Virus record (IMG/VR): IMGVR_UViG_3300034102_001514
Coordinates: 61,806 to 125,805 of that record
Source of the DNA: a virus
Length of the DNA: 64,000 nucleotides
Reading direction: 5' to 3' (one strand)
Numbering within the stretch: position 1 is the stretch's first letter; each line of letters starts with the position of its first letter. The notes below the pieces were generated by a model. The model did not search any database and had not been told where the DNA came from. It saw only the letters and a list, made by a program, of their open reading frames with translations. Positions 34,887-45,209 of the stretch are shown here, one piece after another. Position numbers and translations under genes: made by a program.

Positions 34887-35844
34887 CGTTCCAACCTTTA
34901 AATTTATAATTAGGATTAAACAAATTTGCAAGATTTTGACTACTTGCTTCATAAGCTTTTTTATACCAAGAATGTTGCTCTCTTAACAGCCCTGTATTTG
35001 TGGGGTCAATACCACTCTCACCTAAAACACTTCTACGCTTTGAATGATGTTTTCTATTATGAACTAATAGAATGTTTCTAATAACATATTGTGGGATGTT
35101 ACCTAATAATCTTTGAGTCATCATCATAAATGCAGTATCCTCGTGAACAAAAAACATCCCCTTTGGAATGTTTGCGCCAGACTTAATTACCTCGGAAGAA
35201 ATTACCAACCCGCACCCATTAAATTTATGTTGTGGTAAAACAATAACTTCAGCAGATTCAGTTTCTTGGTTTATAGAATCCATTTCAGATTCAGACATTG
35301 TATATCGTAACGACCACCAATTTTCAGTATCACCTTCTATGAATGGTTTGTCGGTAAACTTTGGGTGTTCTAATAATTTCCAAGAATTATCCCACATTTT
35401 ACATCCTCCAAAAAATGAAAGGTATTTTGGAGTTTGGTCTTTAACTTGTTGATGTAATTGGTCAAGTATAACAAACATTTGCTTTGGTGCCAACATATCA
35501 GATTCACCCCAAATCAGAACATCAGCTTCTTCACAATATTTTTCATTAAAATCTCTACGATAATCTGCGATGCTGTAAATGTATTGGTTGATATGTTTTA
35601 TATTAACATTAAAACCGTCGTTATTAAGATAATTAATTTTTTTAATTATATCGTTATAAACTAATAAAAAATCATTTTTATCACCATCAAATTGTTCTAA
35701 TTGTTGACCGGTTATGATAGTAAAATCTATCACAACATTTTGTTTAGAATAATTGTTTATAGCCGCTCTGATAGATGAAACATATTCAAATATCATTTCA
35801 TACTCATACCATTGTACCAAACACCCTATTGCAAATTTTGTCAT
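34876..35844 (-). CDS. GT-A-like hypothetical protein
   Basis: WGESDML, FNGCGL and HEDT. Glycan-cluster context. Confidence 0.55.
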   Translation of the reverse strand: MTKFAIGCLVQWYEYEMIFEYVSSIRAAINNYSKQNVVIDFTIITGQQLEQFDGDKNDFLLVYNDIIKKINYLNNDGFNVNIKHINQYIYSIADYRRDFNEKYCEEADVLIWGESDMLAPKQMFVILDQLHQQVKDQTPKYLSFFGGCKMWDNSWKLLEHPKFTDKPFIEGDTENWWSLRYTMSESEMDSINQETESAEVIVLPQHKFNGCGLVISSEVIKSGANIPKGMFFVHEDTAFMMMTQRLLGNIPQYVIRNILLVHNRKHHSKRRSVLGESGIDPTNTGLLREQHSWYKKAYEASSQNLANLFNPNYKFKGWNDVL

Positions 35845-36353
35845 AGTATGTATCCTGTGTTTTCATCAAGAGCAATCCATGGCCTACCAATGTGTTCTGA
35901 AACTTTAATCATCAAAGCACGTTCTGTGTGTCTATTTATATCATCAAAAATCATTGGTACTGATGTATTAAACATATCAATGTGTTTTAAAAAACCACCA
36001 CGACCAAACATACCATTTGGACCATCAATAAGAATCAAATCATAGTGTTCTGGTAAATTATCCTCTAAAAACATAGGATTATACCAGCCAATTTGTTTTG
36101 GTCCATTTTCACTTGGTAAATCTGGCGATGTCCAAGTATCATCGTAATTTTTAATTGGTGCAAAAATATACTCTGAATCATATTTGTTTACCCATTCAAG
36201 GTAATTTTCAATTGAATACATTTTATAGTGTTTACTTAAATAGTCAGTGCCTATACCACTTCCTAATTCTAAAATAGTTTTACCTTCCGGTAAAATTTCT
36301 TTGATAAAATTGTAACAGGACTCTTGAATAGCCCATCCTCCTAATTTACTCAT
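35841..36353 (-). CDS. SAM-dependent methyltransferase-like protein
   Basis: ILELGSGIGT, YDLILIDGP and IFDD. Confidence 0.8.
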   Translation of the reverse strand: MSKLGGWAIQESCYNFIKEILPEGKTILELGSGIGTDYLSKHYKMYSIENYLEWVNKYDSEYIFAPIKNYDDTWTSPDLPSENGPKQIGWYNPMFLEDNLPEHYDLILIDGPNGMFGRGGFLKHIDMFNTSVPMIFDDINRHTERALMIKVSEHIGRPWIALDENTGYIL

Positions 36354-36954
36354 GCCAAATAACTTTTGTAATTACACCTTCAAAATCCTCTAATATTCTA
36401 AATTGCTCATTATTAGCTTTTCGCCCAAAATTGTGACCAGCACTATGACCAATTCCTTTAACAAGTTCTATGTGGTTTTTGCTTAATGCCAAATCAACAG
36501 CACGTTTTACGGTTTCACTATGAACATTACAACCATAATCATCAAACACAATATAACATTCTGAAGAACAATTCATACTAACGGCACGATTAAGGTCTGA
36601 TATTACTTGGTCGTATTGATGACCAGCATCTATTAAGAAAACCGAAATTTCTTCCTGTATGTCTAACACTTGATTTGAATATAAATCAAAATTATGATAA
36701 ACTATATTAGTTCGGTCATTATTTAGTTCTTTGGCTGATTCATTTTCGTTATTATTTATAGTATGAACTCTATCAAATAAAAATGATAATATGCGGGTAG
36801 TTTGCCCTTTATGAGTTCCAAACTCAACACATACTTTATCTTCAAATCCTTTAAAAAAGTCCCATAAATCAGTTTTGAATTTGAATGATGTAGTTGAGAG
36901 GTTTTGATGTTTATCTTCACCAACCTCTATTAATAGTTCTTCAATTGTTTTCAT
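36346..36954 (-). CDS. methyltransferase (Methyltransf_24-like)
   Basis: VEFGTHKGQT, FLIDAGHQY and IVFDDYG. Likely start MKTIEELL. Confidence 0.8.
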   Translation of the reverse strand: MKTIEELLIEVGEDKHQNLSTTSFKFKTDLWDFFKGFEDKVCVEFGTHKGQTTRILSFLFDRVHTINNNENESAKELNNDRTNIVYHNFDLYSNQVLDIQEEISVFLIDAGHQYDQVISDLNRAVSMNCSSECYIVFDDYGCNVHSETVKRAVDLALSKNHIELVKGIGHSAGHNFGRKANNEQFRILEDFEGVITKVIWHE

Positions 36955-37705
36955 ATAAATGTTTATAAGTTTTTTCCATCCAATGTTGAGATGATGGTGG
37001 AGTTCCAGCATTGTAATGACTAACATACCCATAACGAGTATGTAACATATCATCACCCAAAACTTCAAACCTCATCATATCTTGCATATTCCACTCATAA
37101 TCCAATACTTTGTAGTCGTGTGGAATGTCACGATTTACAAAAAAGTTAAACACCGGTTGGTCATTACCAACACAATATGTGTTTTGCATCCAAATTAATT
37201 TATCACGATTTGTCTTATAAAATTCTTGGAGTGTTTTAAAGAACTCTTTGTGTTTTTTGTTGAATACCATAACGCCTGAATTGAAATAGTTGTAGTATGG
37301 AAATGTGAATCCATCAAACACAAATTTTGAGTAGTTTTCAATACTCCTACACACCCAATCCATATCACCAAAGTTACGAACTGCCGTAAATTTGTGGTCG
37401 GTCAACTCAAAAATGTTTGGAGCATCAGGAGTAACTATCGTATCATAATCTACATAAAGAACTTGGTCATAATCAATCTCATTTGCTTCAAGAATATCAA
37501 GAATATACATCTTAAACCAATTCGGTTTCATCCACTCAATATCCATGAGGGGTTGGTCCAACACGAAGATTTCACAATCCCAACGAGCTGCATAATCTTT
37601 CCAAGATTTAACCGACCATTCAAAAGCACCGGTGAGTGTATTTCCACCACCTTGGAACTTTTTGTTGTGTTCTATGTTTATAAGAAAAATTACATTCTTA
37701 CTCAT
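36941..37705 (-). CDS. glycosyltransferase (GT8-like)
   Basis: LYVDYDTIV, YFNSGVMV, NDQPVFN and WN. Confidence 0.85.
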   Translation of the reverse strand: MSKNVIFLINIEHNKKFQGGGNTLTGAFEWSVKSWKDYAARWDCEIFVLDQPLMDIEWMKPNWFKMYILDILEANEIDYDQVLYVDYDTIVTPDAPNIFELTDHKFTAVRNFGDMDWVCRSIENYSKFVFDGFTFPYYNYFNSGVMVFNKKHKEFFKTLQEFYKTNRDKLIWMQNTYCVGNDQPVFNFFVNRDIPHDYKVLDYEWNMQDMMRFEVLGDDMLHTRYGYVSHYNAGTPPSSQHWMEKTYKHLYENN

Positions 37706-38480
37706 TGTACATTCCCTTTACGATATCCCAAGTTTGTTTCATCAAGGGACTTCGTTGTTTTCTATCAAAGCCGGAAAACTTCCATAAATTACCATACTTG
37801 ATAAAATACGGAGTTTGGTCTTCTTTTAATTGCCAGTTATGTGATAACCAATTAAATCGGTTCATGTGATTTATATTAAAAGAATTGGGTAATTCAAATC
37901 TAAAATCAATATCTAATTTTTGTAACATATAATTGTAAACAGGTTGGTCAGTCCCACGACTAACACTTGACTCTAATATACAAATTTTTTCGTAATTGGC
38001 CAAATAAAAATCTTTAAGTTTGTTTAAAAAATTAATATGTGATTTTGTGAAAATTTGAAATCCACAATCAATGTATCTTTTCAAATCAAACTCTACATTT
38101 GGAAACAATTCTTTATATCCATCAATTCCACCAGCGACCCATCTAACATTTTCAAGTGATTTGAATACACTCAAACCATCAAATGTCATATCAAAAAAGT
38201 TTGGGGAATCCCATCTAATCATATAAGAAGCATCAACAACAGCTACCTTATCCCAATCCAAGTGTGAAAGTTTTGATTCTAAATCAAACCACCGTGTCCA
38301 AGTTACTTTGTGTTTAGTAGTGTCCCAATCAGTAGAATCATATTCATAAAACTCTACATTATTTTTCTTACACCAATACTTCCAAGTTCTTTTAGAATAT
38401 TCAAAGTAATCAAACCCATTATGTTTTTCATTTGTTAGCTCATTTGAACTCTTAACGCCAACCCAATATACTATATTCAT
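37698..38480 (-). CDS. glycosyltransferase (GT8-like paralog)
   Basis: VVDAS, PNFFD, YIDCGFQI and TDQPVYN. Paralogous to 36941-37705. Confidence 0.75.
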   Translation of the reverse strand: MNIVYWVGVKSSNELTNEKHNGFDYFEYSKRTWKYWCKKNNVEFYEYDSTDWDTTKHKVTWTRWFDLESKLSHLDWDKVAVVDASYMIRWDSPNFFDMTFDGLSVFKSLENVRWVAGGIDGYKELFPNVEFDLKRYIDCGFQIFTKSHINFLNKLKDFYLANYEKICILESSVSRGTDQPVYNYMLQKLDIDFRFELPNSFNINHMNRFNWLSHNWQLKEDQTPYFIKYGNLWKFSGFDRKQRSPLMKQTWDIVKGMYNE

Positions 38481-38543
38481 AAATCGCTAATAGATAAATT
38501 GAAAATTTTCTTTATGACACACGATTCGTTTCCAAAACACCCA

Positions 38544-39167
38544 TCACGATAGGGTTTCGTAATAATCGTTTTGTCGTTCTTGTCTTTGTATTCCCTTTGG
38601 ATGATAGAATGAAAATTCTTCCACCCAAGGTAGATTTGAAATCGTGTTGTATCCAACGAGTTTCTCGTGAACCTTGTTTTCCCAACGAATGACTCCATTG
38701 TTTTTATAGATTCTCCATTGTGGGTCTGGAAAGTTTACCCAACCCATTTCATTTACATTCCATCCCCACTTTTGAATGTGTTCTTGGGTCAAACCTTCAA
38801 CCGTGTTTACTCGTGGTACAAGAATCACATCCACATCGTTCTCTTCCAAGATTTGGTGGATATTGTCCATAAGAACTTCGTTAGGGATTTCATCTGCATC
38901 AATCTGAAAGATATAATCACCCAAACAAGCTTCGGTCAAAGCGTTTTTCATATGTCCAAAGTGACCATCAAAGTGATAACCAATTCTTCGGATACCATTA
39001 CCCAATATAGTTAGGTATCGCTCTACCTCGGATGTTCCGTTATTTGTATCGTAGAACACCACAATTTCATCTTGTGGTTTTTTTCGGTCAATAAGGAATG
39101 TGAGTAATCGTTGTATTTCAACAAACTCATTACAAACCGTCACTGCGTAACTAATTTTCATAATCAA
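38544..39167 (-). CDS. glycosyltransferase family 2
   Basis: ISYAVTVCNE, IFQIDADE, PDPQWRIY and KVHE. Confidence 0.88.
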   Translation of the reverse strand: MIMKISYAVTVCNEFVEIQRLLTFLIDRKKPQDEIVVFYDTNNGTSEVERYLTILGNGIRRIGYHFDGHFGHMKNALTEACLGDYIFQIDADEIPNEVLMDNIHQILEENDVDVILVPRVNTVEGLTQEHIQKWGWNVNEMGWVNFPDPQWRIYKNNGVIRWENKVHEKLVGYNTISNLPWVEEFSFYHPKGIQRQERQNDYYETLS

Positions 39168-39637
39168 TCATCTTTTTCAACTTGTTCTTCTTGTCTTCTT
39201 TTATTTGCCGCAGCAACTTTATCGTTTACACCATAGTTGTAATTGAATACCATTATTTGACCCACATTTTTATAAATCAAAGTTCGGTATCCTTCTTGTA
39301 GTTTTTTCTTTTTGATTTCACCCATATAAAATACTTTGGATGCCTCATCAATTCGTAATTTAGTTAAATCTAATTTACGAACACGAGTAGATTCCGCCAT
39401 AATCTCTGGATAATCTGCTGCTAATTTTGAAAATATAATTGGACTAACCTTATCAAGGTCTATACAATGAAGATACTCTTTAAACCTTGGTTGTAAAACA
39501 AATACCAAATAATCACCCTGTTCACCATTAGTTTTGGTGTAATCAATTTTTGCAACCATACCCCTTTCTAAATTTGACTTTTGAAGTCGTGTGGGGTCGG
39601 TCATTTTACTCCGATGTTGGTTTTTAAAATCAGGCAT
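39164..39637 (-). CDS. hypothetical protein
   Basis: Packed ORF. Contains YRTL; no confident family. Confidence 0.7.
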   Translation of the reverse strand: MPDFKNQHRSKMTDPTRLQKSNLERGMVAKIDYTKTNGEQGDYLVFVLQPRFKEYLHCIDLDKVSPIIFSKLAADYPEIMAESTRVRKLDLTKLRIDEASKVFYMGEIKKKKLQEGYRTLIYKNVGQIMVFNYNYGVNDKVAAANKRRQEEQVEKDD

Positions 39638-40904
39638 CTAATTTCTTCAATTTAGGTAGTTGAAGTGTAACTTGTTGAGGTCCTTTTCCCGCGTCATGCT
39701 TTTGTAGAATATCACCAAGCAATTGAGTCATTTTCTCAATAGTGAAATTGTCCTTTACATACTTGCGGTTCTTACGAGACCTTTCTTCTGCTTTCTTATA
39801 ATTATCGTAAATCCATTTTAAATGGCCACCTGCGTCTGAATAATCTATATTAAACCAACTGGCTTCTTTCATAATCCAATCATTAGCTGATGATGGATGG
39901 ACTTGTTTAATATCGCCACCTACCAAGAAATTATAATCTTTGTGTAAAAAGTCCAAGTGACCGCTCCAATTTGATGCAAGGATTGGTTTACCACTTATAC
40001 AAGCTTCTAATAGTGGTCTACCAAAACCCTCACCTTTTGTAAAAGATACATGCGCTTTTACTTTTGGGTGATTATATAATGAGTTCATTTCTTCATCTGA
40101 AAGGTCACCATCAAGAATGTAGATATTGGGTAGATTTTTTGAATCAACTTGGTTTTTAATCATCTCAATTCTTTTTCTCAACTCGTGGACATTTGTAATG
40201 CCGGGGGCTACAATAGATGTTTTAAGGATAAGTGCTGGTTTCTTTACTTTGTTTTTAAAAGCTTCAAGAAATGTATAAATTAATCCACTAACATTTTTTC
40301 GGTCTTCGCCCGAGTTTCCTTGTAGCCAATGACCTACAAATAGAAATGTAAAATCTTCTTTGATGTCAGACATCACTTCATTTACTGAATTGTGAACTGG
40401 CTTTTTATTATCATAGATATTTTCGTGGAATCCCTCAAACAAAACCTCAACAGGTTTAGTAAGTTTCAACTCACCTACTTTTTGTTTAGTTTTATCATCC
40501 ATTTTATCATACACAACATTTAATGTAGTGGCAGAGTGTTTTGATGATACAAGATTTAAATCCATACGATTACACCCTTCAATAAAGGCTGGGCTGGCTT
40601 GGTTGGTTTCAATCACTGCGGATACACCAATGTTGTAGTGACCAACGGCTTGAAACTCATTTGGAATAGTAATCTGAATCCATACATCTGGTTTGATTTC
40701 CAACTTGGTTACAAACCGTGAGGTCAAATCAGAATCAACTTCGGTAAGAGCCGTTTGAGGTGTATTACCCCATCGTTGTGGTAGGATACGAATATCCCAC
40801 TCCTCACCCTTTACTTGAATTAGAGAACGAACAAAGTCTCTTGAACGAGAACCATACCCACTTCGTGTTGCGATAGGGCAACTAACTACACATAACTTTT
40901 TCAT
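39630..40904 (-). CDS. glycosyltransferase family 4 (GT-B)
   Basis: TRSGYG, RKN and KGEGFGRPLLEA...SGHLDF. Confidence 0.9.
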   Translation of the reverse strand: MKKLCVVSCPIATRSGYGSRSRDFVRSLIQVKGEEWDIRILPQRWGNTPQTALTEVDSDLTSRFVTKLEIKPDVWIQITIPNEFQAVGHYNIGVSAVIETNQASPAFIEGCNRMDLNLVSSKHSATTLNVVYDKMDDKTKQKVGELKLTKPVEVLFEGFHENIYDNKKPVHNSVNEVMSDIKEDFTFLFVGHWLQGNSGEDRKNVSGLIYTFLEAFKNKVKKPALILKTSIVAPGITNVHELRKRIEMIKNQVDSKNLPNIYILDGDLSDEEMNSLYNHPKVKAHVSFTKGEGFGRPLLEACISGKPILASNWSGHLDFLHKDYNFLVGGDIKQVHPSSANDWIMKEASWFNIDYSDAGGHLKWIYDNYKKAEERSRKNRKYVKDNFTIEKMTQLLGDILQKHDAGKGPQQVTLQLPKLKKLDA

Positions 40905-42316
40905 GCTTTATAAATATCAAATCGTTTACGAGGACTCCAATTTTGGAAACATCCCTCAATAGCTTCAACAAATCTACCACCCATAGATTCCATAGACATA
41001 CCTGCCTCTGACTGAATCCATTGACTACCAATCTCACCATATTCAACAAGAGCTTCTCTACCTTCTTTAAAGGACCACTCAATTTGATTTGCTACTTCGT
41101 AGTAATCAACTCGGTCATCAAAAATGTATGGAGTTGCAGGTGAACCTTGAAGTGATAGGTTAGATGGCCATACAGGAAAAGCCCACTCACCCCAAGATAG
41201 TGATTCTTTGTTTTTCCAATCTCTATGGTTGTGAATAGAACCAATTTTAATATAATCCTCTTCAGTTAGTTGTTTACCATCCAACTCAAATCCACATTGG
41301 TCTTGAAGACCGCCGGTGACATTCACAATAATTGGTGTTCCGGCTCGTAGAGCTTCACAAGACGCAAGACCGAATCCCTCATTTGATGCAATGTTTAGAA
41401 TCACATCGCCTGAATTGTAGAATAGGTTAAGTTCTTCGGTTGAAAATCTTGCATCAGTAAACTTGTATTCACCAAACTTACCATTGTATTTGATTACCTC
41501 TGGAATGTCCGTTCCATTATCATCAATTGGTTGGGTGTGCATGAACAATAGAACCTTTTTGTCTTGGTGTCGTTCTGCAAACTCGTTAAATGCAAGAATC
41601 ATATCACCTGGCACTTTTCTACGAATGTTTCTATTGTTCCAAAGAACCACAAAGTCATACTTATCAAGACCATACTTTTCTCTGAACTTTACCAAGTTTG
41701 AATCATCACTTGGTAGTGGTTTAAACAATTGTGATACTCCGTGTGGAATATATTTGTAAGCCCAATCTTCTTTTTCCATTCCATACTTTTCCAACACTCG
41801 TTTGTTGATACCATAGGTTTGTTTTGAAATAGACAATAACAAATCACACGATGCATAAAATGGAGCATTCCACATTGGGTCTGGCAATGAATCCCAAATG
41901 TTGTAATACATAATAGGAACAAACTGGCGAACTTCGTGTTCCATACCATATAACCATCCCCAAAAACGAGGGTCGGTAAAGTGTAGGATTGCATCCGGCT
42001 TTTCCATATTGATTAGGTTTCTCAATACATCCGGACTTCCGTAACCCGTGGATGCGTAAATCTTTAAGTATGCGTCTTCAATGCCAGTTTCTTTAGCAGC
42101 GTCAGATGATACATCAAACACCTTACCTTCATCAGGGTGTTTTAAAGCAGCACCTAACTGAACCCAATCGTATTTGTGTAGGGTTGATAGGACTATTTCT
42201 TTGCTTTGGGTTGCGATTCCACTATGTAATCGGAGGTCATCCGATAGAAGTAAAATCTTCTTTTTCTTTGGTTTATTAGGGTCTACTTTTCGTAGCTTCG
42301 GTAGTTGTAATTCCAT
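40901..42316 (-). CDS. glycosyltransferase family 4 (GT-B)
   Basis: NNRNIRRK and NEGFGLASCEALRAGTPII..TGGLQDQ. Confidence 0.9.
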   Translation of the reverse strand: MELQLPKLRKVDPNKPKKKKILLLSDDLRLHSGIATQSKEIVLSTLHKYDWVQLGAALKHPDEGKVFDVSSDAAKETGIEDAYLKIYASTGYGSPDVLRNLINMEKPDAILHFTDPRFWGWLYGMEHEVRQFVPIMYYNIWDSLPDPMWNAPFYASCDLLLSISKQTYGINKRVLEKYGMEKEDWAYKYIPHGVSQLFKPLPSDDSNLVKFREKYGLDKYDFVVLWNNRNIRRKVPGDMILAFNEFAERHQDKKVLLFMHTQPIDDNGTDIPEVIKYNGKFGEYKFTDARFSTEELNLFYNSGDVILNIASNEGFGLASCEALRAGTPIIVNVTGGLQDQCGFELDGKQLTEEDYIKIGSIHNHRDWKNKESLSWGEWAFPVWPSNLSLQGSPATPYIFDDRVDYYEVANQIEWSFKEGREALVEYGEIGSQWIQSEAGMSMESMGGRFVEAIEGCFQNWSPRKRFDIYKA

Positions 42317-42332
42317 ATCGTAACTCTTTGGT

Positions 42333-42340
42333 ATAAATAT
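42333..42340 (-). promoter_or_regulatory. putative phage late-type promoter motif (ATATTTAT)
   Basis: 16 nt upstream of the ATG at 42316, at the head of the glycosyltransferase run. Confidence 0.45.
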
Positions 42341-42349
42341 TAAAGTTAA

Positions 42350-44170
42350 TTATTTAAAATACATTTTATTGTTAATTACTAACACATCAACATCAGATTC
42401 TTCAAACAATTTCATAGCGTCTTCGGGCGTTTCAACAATAGGTTCACCCTTGATATTTAATGAGGTATTCATCACAATAGGAACGCCTGTGATTTGTCTA
42501 AATTTATCTATCAAATCATAAAATTTTTCATTGTCTTCTCTACGAAGAGTTTGAACACGACCTGTGTTATCAATGTGAACTGCGGATGGAATTTCTTGTG
42601 GTTTTTTACAAGGAACCGTGAATAACATAAATGGTGATTCAAAATCCATTTGGAACCATTCTTCTTTGTATTCATTCAAAACAACAGGTGCGAATGGTCT
42701 ATACCACTCACGAAACTTAACCCTTGAATTTAGAATGTCTTTCATTTCTTTTCTCCGTGGGTCGGTAATGAATGAACGATTACCTAATGCTCGTGGTCCA
42801 AATTCAGAACGACCTTGAAACCAACAAATAATTTTACCATCTGCAACTGAATTAGCAATAACATCTAAATCCAAGTCAACTGCGGTGTATTTACTTGGTG
42901 GTTGATAATCATAATCAAATCCAAGATACATAATTTCTGAATTTTTATAATCTATTTTATCATTCAACAAAATGTGGTGATATACATACAAAGATGAACC
43001 AACCGATGTACCATCATCACCACAAGCGGGCGCTAAAAAGAAGTTTTCAAATCCACTTTCGGTAATAATTTTATAGTTTGCATTACAATTTAAAAATATA
43101 CCACCAGCCGCACATAAGTTTTTATTGAACTCTTTACTTTCTTGGTAAAGGTCTTGTGAATATTTTACCAATGAACGCTCAGCCATATATTGAATATCAG
43201 CTGCAACATTCATCACCTCTTTTGATTCAGATTCTTCTTTGGTGTAAACATACTGATGTGGTCTTGTGTAAAACTGGTCTTCATCTTTTTTAATTTCTCT
43301 TGGATACCAAATTTTTGGAAATTTACCACTAATTTGAGACCATAACCAATCAATGTAAAGATTATCAAACTCTTCAGTTCGTTTTCTCATAGGTTTGGTC
43401 CATTTTTTCCAATTCTTTTTGGTTTTCGGACTAACTTGACCATATGCTGCCAGCCCCATCAAAACTCCAGCTTTTAATACACCAGGCCCAATACCACACC
43501 ATTCCGTAGCAACATCGTAAAAGTTTCCATACATATATTGTGGATTCTTAAACCGATTTATTTGATTACCCCATCCAAACTGCATAGAACTACAAGCCAT
43601 ATGGTCACTTATACTAGCATCAGCTGTAAAAATCATAGATTCTTTAAATGGTGATAGGTAAAAAGCGTATGAAGAATGTGCGGTATGGTGGTCTACAAAA
43701 TAACCTTGGAATACTTTATCAACACCATCAATCAAAACCCACAATCTAGCACACCCAATGTGGGGTGTTGTTCCACTTCCATATGGTGGGGTTATTCTAT
43801 CCATGTACCTTGGTAAAGTCCAACCTAAATTCTCTATAAGTTGTGGTGTATGATTTGGGTCAACTCCACTTAATATTCTACTTTCAAGTTCGTATGTGCC
43901 ATAGGTGCTTAATGGGTATTTTGTGTCAAGTGGTGAATAAATATTCATAAATGGAATAGACCATTGATTCCAATATCCCATTGTAATAACATCAACATCT
44001 TCAATTGATACACCATTTTTTTCTAAAAAAGTATCAAATACTTCACGACTAATAAAATCATCTTTTTTTCTACGAGATAATCTTTCTACCGCAATAGCAG
44101 ATACAATTTTACCATCACGCATTAGTGATAGAGACGCATCATGGCCTGTGTGAATTCCTAATATAATCAT
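42350..44170 (-). CDS. O-carbamoyltransferase (NodU/CmcH family)
   Basis: GHDAS, ERLSRRK, HHTAH, MGLAAYG, GGIFLNC, GRSEFGPRALGNRS, KFREWYRPFAP and NTSLN. Confidence 0.94.
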   Translation of the reverse strand: MIILGIHTGHDASLSLMRDGKIVSAIAVERLSRRKKDDFISREVFDTFLEKNGVSIEDVDVITMGYWNQWSIPFMNIYSPLDTKYPLSTYGTYELESRILSGVDPNHTPQLIENLGWTLPRYMDRITPPYGSGTTPHIGCARLWVLIDGVDKVFQGYFVDHHTAHSSYAFYLSPFKESMIFTADASISDHMACSSMQFGWGNQINRFKNPQYMYGNFYDVATEWCGIGPGVLKAGVLMGLAAYGQVSPKTKKNWKKWTKPMRKRTEEFDNLYIDWLWSQISGKFPKIWYPREIKKDEDQFYTRPHQYVYTKEESESKEVMNVAADIQYMAERSLVKYSQDLYQESKEFNKNLCAAGGIFLNCNANYKIITESGFENFFLAPACGDDGTSVGSSLYVYHHILLNDKIDYKNSEIMYLGFDYDYQPPSKYTAVDLDLDVIANSVADGKIICWFQGRSEFGPRALGNRSFITDPRRKEMKDILNSRVKFREWYRPFAPVVLNEYKEEWFQMDFESPFMLFTVPCKKPQEIPSAVHIDNTGRVQTLRREDNEKFYDLIDKFRQITGVPIVMNTSLNIKGEPIVETPEDAMKLFEESDVDVLVINNKMYFK

Positions 44171-44631
44171 TGTATGAATGTAACTTTTTTATCGTTCCAA
44201 TACACTCTTTTTTCAAAGTGTTTCCACTCTTTAATATCAATTTGACCAAAATACATAATCTTGTCTGCGTTCTGAGCAATCAAGTCGTATTGGTGTAGTT
44301 TCTGCGTTGGGTGATGTGGTTTGTCGTAGTATTCTTCGGACATTCCACTGTATAGGTTCATAGGTGTAGATGCAAGATTATACTCAATATAGTTTACATC
44401 CAATTCTATGCAAAATTTCCGAACCCATTTTTCAATACCATCTTTATTACCACGACTGATAATTGATAGTTGGTCTCCAAATTTTTGTTTTAGTTTAAAT
44501 ATAAGGTCTTTGATTTCACCGCGATTTTCATATCTAACATCACCTATCAATGCGACCTTCATACCTTCTTTTCTATTATATAAGCTTTTTACACGCAATC
44601 TATTCGGGGAATGATTTTGATATTTTCTCAT
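44167..44631 (-). CDS. SLOG/YspA-like nucleotide-binding protein
   Basis: MKVALIGD, IISRGNKDGIE and IAQNAD. True start may be at 44562. Confidence 0.55.
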   Translation of the reverse strand: MRKYQNHSPNRLRVKSLYNRKEGMKVALIGDVRYENRGEIKDLIFKLKQKFGDQLSIISRGNKDGIEKWVRKFCIELDVNYIEYNLASTPMNLYSGMSEEYYDKPHHPTQKLHQYDLIAQNADKIMYFGQIDIKEWKHFEKRVYWNDKKVTFIQ

Positions 44632-45194
44632 TAAAATAACTCTCGTAACTTTTGTTTTTCAATAACCGATTTTACTTTACTTACATAATTAGGGTCTTCA
44701 GCATAAGAAGCGTTCAAATATCTAAAATATTCTTCTTCAGTATGAATACCACCCAAATATCTACATTGGTAAAATGCGTAATCGTATACTGACTCTTCCC
44801 AACTATCGTAATATGCGTGATTGTTTTGTGTTCCTTTTGCGGTATTAACCCTTTGACGGGCTTGCTTCATACCAAATAGGTTGTTGTTTTCTCGGAAGAT
44901 TTTAGATTTGAACTGACCTGTTTCTACATAAGATTGAGCCAATACAATATGTGGAAATTTCATATTGAGCTCTTTCATCAACTTAACTAAATCAGCCTCA
45001 TTAAATGGAGTTTCTTTGATATTCAACAATAGTATGTTTTTTTCATAGATACTCAAATCGCCAAAGGCAGCGTATCTACCAACGCCATAAAATACACTAC
45101 CAATTACAAATGTGAATCCACTCAAAATAAGAATTAACTTTCGTAATCCAATTCTTTTGAATTCTAACAGGGTTTTATTGTAGCTATACAACAT
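44631..45194 (-). CDS. glucosaminidase (GH73) with N-terminal TM helix
   Basis: LAQSYVETG, NNLFGMK and YAEDPNY. Confidence 0.85.
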   Translation of the reverse strand: MLYSYNKTLLEFKRIGLRKLILILSGFTFVIGSVFYGVGRYAAFGDLSIYEKNILLLNIKETPFNEADLVKLMKELNMKFPHIVLAQSYVETGQFKSKIFRENNNLFGMKQARQRVNTAKGTQNNHAYYDSWEESVYDYAFYQCRYLGGIHTEEEYFRYLNASYAEDPNYVSKVKSVIEKQKLRELF

Positions 45195-45209
45195 AATTAA
45201 GGATTTTGA

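Noticed and set aside
29466-44170. Bacterial chromosomal O-antigen/capsule locus or host contamination
   Set aside because: No wzx/wzy/wza genes. The block is seamlessly packed with T4-like replication genes on the same strand and with similar composition.
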